Positions 24,500 through 29,343 of a stretch of 29,343 nt of DNA are shown here, piece after piece; position 1 is the first letter of the stretch; the number at the start of each line of letters is the position of its first letter. The notes beneath the pieces were generated by a model, which was given only the letters and a program-made list of their open reading frames with translations, was not told where the DNA came from and did not search any database. The position numbers and the translations under genes are program-made. This DNA comes from a virus: IMG/VR virus record IMGVR_UViG_3300020151_000525. One strand, 5' to 3'.

Positions 24500-24541
24500 A
24501 TTTTTATTTTAATAAAATGGGGAGCAGTCGTAACCACTCCC
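24500..24541 (-). terminator. Probable (leaky) intrinsic terminator after the major capsid gene
   Basis: Minus strand: GGGGAG(24541-24536), a 12-nt loop, CTCCCC(24523-24518), then ATTTTATTAAAATAAAA. Confidence 0.5.
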
Positions 24542-24560
24542 CTTTTATATGTGGTTAATA

Positions 24561-25481
24561 TTAGTTATGTCCGATTACGCAGTCAGTCAATACACCAATT
24601 TGTACACCAACGCGGTATCTCATTGCCATACGAACATTGTCAGAAGCATCAGTTAAGGTCATATCAACAACTTTAACTTCTGCAAAATCAGAGTTAGCAT
24701 CAACACCAACGAACAAGTTTGAAGGTTGCGCAGCAATTACAGTTCCTGTGCTGATACCTGGACATACATAAATCTCATATCCGTTGAATTCCAAGTTGAA
24801 CTCATCATACGCTTGGAACAAATTAGCATAACCCAAAGCAGATACCGCTTGACGATAGAACTGAGCAGTAGCACGGTTAACATACAACTTAGTGTCAGGT
24901 GAACCAATCAAAGCGGCAGGAAGTGCATTAATAACTGCATTCATATTAGCAATAACAGTTGATGCAGTAAGAGCACCAACCCAAGTAATATCAGCACCAC
25001 CAGTCAAAACAAGCAACTTCTTTTCAAATCCATCAAACGATTGATAAGAACCACTTGCAGTGTTACCTTGCCAAATCGTGTATTCAATAGTTTCACCAAC
25101 TTTAGCGGCAGCGTAACCAATCAAGAAATCAGAGAAGTTAGCAGGAATAACATCGTTAATAAATCCGCGACCAGTTGCAGCAGCTTCCCAATCACGAGCA
25201 AAATCTTTTTTGCAAACTTCAAGATTAGTCATCAAATCTGAAACTTCCAAAACTGACTCGTCCAAATTCAATGTTCCCTGTTCGTTGAAATTACAACCTG
25301 CAGCTTGTACCAAAGATGCAGCGTTTGACAATTTCTTTAAAACTGCCTTGTATTTTACACCCTCTTTAAGAGTAACGTATCCTTTTGCTAAAGTGTCTCC
25401 CGACAAAATAGCAGCGTTGATGTACGGTAACGCTAATTCACCTGCATAAGATGAACTGTTGATTGTTAAGCTATCAGCCAT
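24561..25481 (-). CDS. Major capsid protein (HK97-fold type)
   Basis: 306 aa directly after the scaffold gene, followed by a hairpin. Size and composition are typical of a capsid protein (MADSLTINSSSYAGELALPYINAAIL...). Confidence 0.7.
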   Translation of the reverse strand: MADSLTINSSSYAGELALPYINAAILSGDTLAKGYVTLKEGVKYKAVLKKLSNAASLVQAAGCNFNEQGTLNLDESVLEVSDLMTNLEVCKKDFARDWEAAATGRGFINDVIPANFSDFLIGYAAAKVGETIEYTIWQGNTASGSYQSFDGFEKKLLVLTGGADITWVGALTASTVIANMNAVINALPAALIGSPDTKLYVNRATAQFYRQAVSALGYANLFQAYDEFNLEFNGYEIYVCPGISTGTVIAAQPSNLFVGVDANSDFAEVKVVDMTLTDASDNVRMAMRYRVGVQIGVLTDCVIGHN

Positions 25482-25499
25482 TTTCTTTTTTTATTTTTA

Positions 25500-26078
25500 T
25501 TATTTATATTTATTTATGATTGCGAAGATTCTGTTTTTAGAATCCATCTTAGCCAAGTTGATTGGAGCGGATGCAGTTGGCGCGTTTACTTTCTTTACGC
25601 TTTCGGTTGCAGGTTGTTTGCTCATCTTTTCAACTTGTGCGGATAGTTGAGCTTTCTCTGTATTCAACGCATTTATGCGGCTTTCAAACTGCTCAATCAA
25701 CGCATTGATAGTTGATTCAAATTCCTCTTTAGTCACACCTTCAAAAGCGGCTTGTTCTTCTTTGGTTACTTCTTCTTCCATTTCTGGCTCAAGAATTTCA
25801 GTTACAACACCACCAACGGTAACGATAAATTTACCTTCCGCAGTTTCATGTCTTCCATCAGGCGCAGGAACATCATTACCTTCTGCATCCTTAATGAAAA
25901 GAGGACTGCCAATAGCAATCATTTCATCGGGTGAACTTACTTCCGTTCCATCTTTAAGAATCGCAACGGACATCTTTACAGGAGCAGCCGCTTCAATTTC
26001 GCCTTCCGCACTTAGCTTAATGCCAAATGACTTCAAACGATCTGCGTACTTGCTCACGATTTCATTTACTTTATTCAT
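25500..26078 (-). CDS. Scaffolding protein (192 aa from ATG 26078; alternative ATG 26138)
   Basis: Acidic and helical (EPEMEEEVTKEEQAAFEGVTKEEFESTINALIEQFESRINALNTEKAQLSAQVEKM). Positioned between the protease and capsid genes. Confidence 0.6.
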   Translation of the reverse strand: MNKVNEIVSKYADRLKSFGIKLSAEGEIEAAAPVKMSVAILKDGTEVSSPDEMIAIGSPLFIKDAEGNDVPAPDGRHETAEGKFIVTVGGVVTEILEPEMEEEVTKEEQAAFEGVTKEEFESTINALIEQFESRINALNTEKAQLSAQVEKMSKQPATESVKKVNAPTASAPINLAKMDSKNRIFAIINKYK

Positions 26079-26175
26079 TGTTAAAATTATTTTCTCGTAT
26101 ATATGTAGCATACAACCTACTTTTGTTTTGTAGTTCATAGTTAGTTTGTGTTTTGTTTAAGTTTTCCTTTGTACG

Positions 26176-26205
26176 AAAAACCCCCTAAACGTAGGGGGCT
26201 TTTTG
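26176..26205. terminator. Symmetric (bidirectional-type) intrinsic terminator hairpin after the protease gene
   Basis: aaaaaCCCCCTAaacgTAGGGGGcttttt: a 7-bp stem (26181-26187/26192-26198) with A and T tracts on either side. Confidence 0.6.
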
Positions 26206-26226
26206 TTTGTCGGGTAATTTACCAAC

Positions 26227-26814
26227 TCACGAATTTAACTCGGTGGTTAGTTCTCTCATTATCTTTTCAATCTCTTGTTCTGCTAAGTATTCATCGCTCA
26301 ACTCGGTAAAGAATCCTTCTAAAGAAAATCCTTTAACATCGCCTTGCTTAATTGATTTCCATACTTCTTCATTATCTACTTTCATACCAATACACCAAGT
26401 ACCATCAGGAAAATTAAATCCAAAATTTTGGCTCTTATCATGCTCTCCTTCTTTAATCCAACTCTCGACAACTGTACAACCCGTAATGGGTATCTCATGT
26501 TGAAGATTGCTGTTGTGGTGCATGTTTCTTTTTAGATATTCTTGCGCGATTTTATTAATCGTTTCTGCGCTGTATTTAGCGTAGTATTCACCGCCTAAAG
26601 AATCAACGCGGTATATCAATTGTTCTGGTAGCATAACCGCGCCATAAAGCATTCTTCGCTCTCCTTCATCAACTGCCGCATGGTTCATTTTCTTTGCGGA
26701 TTTCAACGCGACAAAATCAATTTCAATTGCAGGTTTGTCCACCAATGAAATACAATTCACACCAAGATAACCGCTGTCATCGATGGTGTATTCAATTACT
26801 TTAAATTCGCTCAT
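26227..26814 (-). CDS. XkdF-like putative prohead serine protease
   Basis: ISLVDKPAIEIDF, RMLYGAVMLPE, SAETINKIAQEYLK, VVESWI and GTWCIGMKVDNEEVWKSIKQGDVKGFSLEG parallel the conserved blocks of the PBSX XkdF family (Peptidase_S78_2), recalled from memory. Confidence 0.65.
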   Translation of the reverse strand: MSEFKVIEYTIDDSGYLGVNCISLVDKPAIEIDFVALKSAKKMNHAAVDEGERRMLYGAVMLPEQLIYRVDSLGGEYYAKYSAETINKIAQEYLKRNMHHNSNLQHEIPITGCTVVESWIKEGEHDKSQNFGFNFPDGTWCIGMKVDNEEVWKSIKQGDVKGFSLEGFFTELSDEYLAEQEIEKIMRELTTELNS

Positions 26815-28394
26815 TTTATTATTCTTGATTGGTCTTTAATTTTTTGTTCAGCTTCTTGCGCATTGCTCACGTTAGTTGCGAGTACATACGTTTGTAGCGG
26901 TTGCGCCTTATTTGTTTGCTGATTAATAAATGAAAGGTCTAACGCTGGCACATTTGTACTTCCACCCATACCGCCGCTTGGTGGTGGTGGTGAAGGTGGT
27001 GGTGGACTTCCATCTTTATTAAATCTCATCGAAGCAATCTTTGCGATGTTTGCCGCTCCTGCTGCGGCTGCTATACCTGCAATCACAAACGGATAACCTG
27101 GAAACGCTGTTGCAATGGGTGAAGCTGATGCCGTTGTAAATGCGTTTTGCGTTCCCGTTATTGCGCTCACTGTTGCTTGTGCTAATTGTAACGCTTTACC
27201 AACTTTGAACGATTGCTCCGCGTTTAGTATTCCTGCGCTTGTAAGCAAGTCATTAAGCGACATCATGCCATCAATAGTGGCTGCGGCTAATTCATATTTG
27301 GATGCTTCAAGTGCGCGTTGTCCTTCTATTACCCTTTCGTTCTTATCGTACTCGGCAAGTTCCTCATCTGTCATCAATTGCAAATTGACTTGACTCCTTT
27401 CAAAGTTAGCAGCTAACCTTATTTCAGCTTGTTTTTTACTATCTTCTTCTACTTGTTTGCGTATTGCCTCGAATGATTTTTGATTAGCTTTTATTTGTTC
27501 GGCTAATGCCGCATCTTGTTCCTTCTTCTTTTTCTCTGCTGCTAATCTCGCTTTCTCCGCTTCTTGCGCATTGTACTTATCATTTATTTCCGCTTGTTTT
27601 TTTCTTGCGAGTTCTGTTATTTCCAATTGCAAATCTGCATTACCACGAGCCAACCACAATTGATCGTCATACCACTTTTGGATATCCGCTAATTCTCTTT
27701 GGCGTTCAGTCATGCGACCTCTTGCCAAGTCATCGCGCATCTTTTGCACCGCGTCATTTGCTTTCTGCAAATCCGCTAACATTTCTTCGTTCCGCTTCTT
27801 TGCTTCCTCTGCCCGTTCGCTCGCTTCGGTGTCAATTAACCCCGTCCAATTGAGGAAGTCAGTAATTCCATCAATAACGAAATCAATTTGCTCTTTAATG
27901 AATCCGAAAATTTTACCAACCAATCCACCTGCGTTGACTAATTTATCAAAGTTCAAAATGATAGCCGCGAGTACAGAAACGAGTAAAAAGATTGGATTCA
28001 TCAACAATGTTTTTCCCAAATCGAACATTGTCCCACCAAAACTTTTCGCTCCCTTTGCTAAATCTCCAAACTTAAAATCCTTCATCGCGCTGGTCATACC
28101 CCTAACGCCAGTGAGCGCGTTTTCAAAGTCGAGTGATAGGATGGAAGAACCTATCATTGACATCGAATTATTCAAGCGTTCCAATGGCGCACCGCTAACC
28201 GTATTAACCGACTTACCCAAGTCATCCATACGGTCTTTTAAATCTCCGAGTTGCCTTTGTACTCGGTCAAATTCGGCAGTGCCTTCGGGTAATGTCGCTA
28301 ACTCCTCGCGCAGTTTTCGCATCTGCGTGCGCATGGATTCGACCTTTGCAGTGCCTTGTATATCGACCTCAATAACTACTTCTTGTTTTGCCAT
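26811..28394 (-). CDS. Tape-measure-like / internal virion protein (527 aa)
   Basis: Extended coiled-coil (E/K/A/Q-rich), internal hydrophobic segments (LLMNPIFLLVSVLAAIILNF; FVIAGIAAAAGAANIAKI) and a PPPPSPPPPSGG tract. Confidence 0.45.
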   Translation of the reverse strand: MAKQEVVIEVDIQGTAKVESMRTQMRKLREELATLPEGTAEFDRVQRQLGDLKDRMDDLGKSVNTVSGAPLERLNNSMSMIGSSILSLDFENALTGVRGMTSAMKDFKFGDLAKGAKSFGGTMFDLGKTLLMNPIFLLVSVLAAIILNFDKLVNAGGLVGKIFGFIKEQIDFVIDGITDFLNWTGLIDTEASERAEEAKKRNEEMLADLQKANDAVQKMRDDLARGRMTERQRELADIQKWYDDQLWLARGNADLQLEITELARKKQAEINDKYNAQEAEKARLAAEKKKKEQDAALAEQIKANQKSFEAIRKQVEEDSKKQAEIRLAANFERSQVNLQLMTDEELAEYDKNERVIEGQRALEASKYELAAATIDGMMSLNDLLTSAGILNAEQSFKVGKALQLAQATVSAITGTQNAFTTASASPIATAFPGYPFVIAGIAAAAGAANIAKIASMRFNKDGSPPPPSPPPPSGGMGGSTNVPALDLSFINQQTNKAQPLQTYVLATNVSNAQEAEQKIKDQSRIIK

Positions 28395-28552
28395 TATATC
28401 AGATTAAAAATGTAAATAGTTCCCAATATCAATGTAGCAATAACGGTCAAATTGATAAGCGTTGTAAGCCAATTGGGCATATTGTTTTTGTTATTTGGTA
28501 AATGTGCACCATGTCCTAACTCAATTAATTGTTGGACATTCTTAAAAGTCAT
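28394..28552 (-). CDS. Small tail-anchored membrane peptide (52 aa), below the track cutoff
   Basis: MTFKNVQQLIELGHGAHLPNNKNNMPNWLTTLINLTVIATLILGTIYIFNLI. Its TAA shares one nt with the next ATG (TAATG). Confidence 0.45.
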   Translation of the reverse strand: MTFKNVQQLIELGHGAHLPNNKNNMPNWLTTLINLTVIATLILGTIYIFNLI

Positions 28553-28559
28553 TTGTGGA

Positions 28560-29343
28560 TTATTCATAATGATATTGTGTGAATGTGGTTAATGCTGTTA
28601 ATTTGATATTATTTTCGGGGTACGTTGCGCTGCCTACTAACTTGACGCGTGGGTAAAATGTCTCTCCGCTTATTACGACATCCCAAACAAGATACCCCGT
28701 AAAATTGTTGAATGTTTCATCGATGGTAGTTGCATTGATAAATAACACCGTTGTTGAGCGGTTTACGATGTGCAAGTTGTATTCACCCGTTATCGTTCCA
28801 TCAGCGCCAGTGTTCTGCATTCCACTTAACAAAATTTTGAGAATCCAAATAGTATTTGTTGGGATATTGTAGCTTTCAAGATTTTCGATTTTCAAATCGA
28901 TGTAAGTTGTGTTATCAGTGAAATCGCCAGTGCCGAAAAGGTGAACGATTCCGCTTTGAACTTGACCGGTATAACTACCTGCACCGCCAATCGTCATGCC
29001 TTTGTTTATCACATTTGCTGCGCTTCCCAACGCGACTACATTACCACCTAAATTATTGGCAACGATTAAATTTCTACCGACTACCAAACTAACATCATTG
29101 TTATCGCCCAAATAGTTTTTTATTCCGCTTATCAATGACGTGTCGTTGCCAGGTCTAACGGTGTTGGTGTCTCCATTTACGAAGTTCGCTAATGGGTCTT
29201 TATCTACGTTACCCGTTGGTTTACCCGTTCCCGTTGTGTCTTGTGGTTTGGTTGTGCCACCATCGCGTATAAACGCATAACACGCAGTGCCATCCCATGT
29301 GTAACCATAGTTCTCGCAACAGATTTCCGTTGCTGCGGCAGGA
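28560..29343 (-). CDS. C-terminal part of the 1009-aa junction-spanning tail protein (29245-29343 duplicates 1-99)
   Basis: No in-frame stop and no start codon in 29136-29343. The frame (first codon base congruent to 2 mod 3) matches ORF 2345..1, because 29,244 is divisible by 3. The track ORF 28560..29135 merely begins at an internal TTG. Confidence 0.8.
   Translation of the reverse strand, partial: PAAATEICCENYGYTWDGTACYAFIRDGGTTKPQDTTGTGKPTGNVDKDPLANFVNGDTNTVRPGNDTSLISGIKNYLGDNNDVSLVVGRNLIVANNLGGNVVALGSAANVINKGMTIGGAGSYTGQVQSGIVHLFGTGDFTDNTTYIDLKIENLESYNIPTNTIWILKILLSGMQNTGADGTITGEYNLHIVNRSTTVLFINATTIDETFNNFTGYLVWDVVISGETFYPRVKLVGSATYPENNIKLTALTTFTQYHYE
29245..29343. repeat. Terminal direct repeat, copy 2 (identical to 1-99)
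   Basis: Same 99-mer as 1-99. It lies inside an open reading frame, so it is not a dedicated cos or att element. Confidence 0.97.

Larger units (their letters stand above)
1..29343. mobile_element. Complete tailed-phage (Caudoviricetes) genome, a linearised circular or terminally redundant contig with a unique length of 29,244 bp
   Basis: Identical 99-nt ends. Full virion set (terminase, portal, protease, scaffold, capsid, tail, fibre), lysis genes and early genes. Near-total coding density with coupled genes. Confidence 0.85.

Noticed and set aside
25675-26133. 152-aa plus-strand ORF antisense to the scaffold gene. The same applies to other internal antisense or alternate-frame ORFs, e.g. 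5155..5529, 5421..5684, 6227..6466, 8434..8787, 11024..11368, 14011..14316, 15465..15740, 16652..16930, 19692..20018 and 20682..20978.
   Set aside because: All are nested within longer ORFs that carry recognisable motifs or sit in coupled gene arrays. Their composition is low-complexity or Cys/Ser/Phe-rich, as is typical of shadow frames.
26979-27010. Pro-rich tract (PPPPSPPPPSGG) and the GGGGG-encoding runs in the fibre and SSB-like genes, considered as possible slippage or contingency loci
   Set aside because: They are imperfect at the nucleotide level (mixed CCA/CCT/CCG and GGT/GGG codons), so they are not true simple-sequence repeats. They are best read as flexible linkers.
27712-28407. 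231-aa plus-strand ORF, the longest unassigned ORF in the track
   Set aside because: It is entirely antisense to the coiled-coil tape-measure-like gene. Its Ser/Phe/Pro/Ile-rich, low-complexity sequence is what you get from reading GAA/AAA/GCN-rich codons backwards. It has no plausible promoter or neighbours on that strand.
28554-28562. TGTGGATTA, one mismatch from the complement of the DnaA box consensus (TGTGGATAA)
   Set aside because: It is a single isolated copy in an 8-nt intergenic spacer of the late operon, far from the replication module. It is expected by chance.
1-29343. Lysogeny module, CRISPR array, diversity-generating retroelement, retron or toxin-antitoxin/defence cassette
   Set aside because: I recognised no integrase or recombinase, reverse transcriptase, CI-like repressor, regularly spaced repeats, or template/variable repeat pair in the fibre genes. 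The only tandem repeats are the short arrays reported above. Absence by eye is not proof, and profile searches of the roughly 25 unassigned small ORFs are needed.

Overview
The window is a whole small tailed-phage genome, not a chromosomal fragment. Nt 1-99 are identical to nt 29245-29343, so the unique sequence is 29,244 bp and closes into a circle (assembly overlap or terminal redundancy). A 1009-codon ORF runs across that junction.

The DNA is visibly AT-rich and almost entirely coding. Many stop/start overlaps (ATGA, TAATG) link neighbouring genes. Leaders are A-rich with no Shine-Dalgarno-like sequence, and TAnnTTTG -7 boxes sit in intergenic DNA. This suggests a Bacteroidota (Flavobacteriia-like) host, which is an inference.

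Layout:
- Minus-strand early/middle units run 12117->10583 (VRR-NUC nuclease, sigma-70-family factor, Cys-rich protein, small membrane protein) and 10110->8084 (small ORFs). Each ends at an intrinsic terminator.
- A minus-strand late unit runs from 8019 across the junction to about 18468. In order it encodes a frameshifting chaperone-like gene, tail fibre and tail proteins, a tape-measure-like protein, an XkdF-like protease, scaffold, major capsid, a tail-tube-like protein, a portal-MuF fusion, a connector, holin, an M15 endolysin, a metallophosphoesterase and two overlapping membrane proteins.
- A plus-strand unit runs 12265->18505. It encodes small early proteins, an SSB-like protein ending in DDIPF, an HTH protein, a DnaA-domain-IV-like protein and the large terminase.

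I saw no tRNA, rRNA, CRISPR array, integrase, reverse transcriptase or recognisable defence/anti-defence cassette, so I cannot name a discrete new system with confidence.

The most interesting items:
- a strongly supported -1 programmed frameshift at a T9 run, whose 93-codon extension fills an apparent gap
- an A11 run at the portal/MuF domain boundary
- a 470-nt structured non-coding region
- 11-bp and 10-bp phased repeats next to the replication and regulatory genes
- a sigma factor translationally coupled to a Cys-rich protein
- a scrambled morphogenesis gene order

All functional calls come from motif recognition by eye and need database confirmation.
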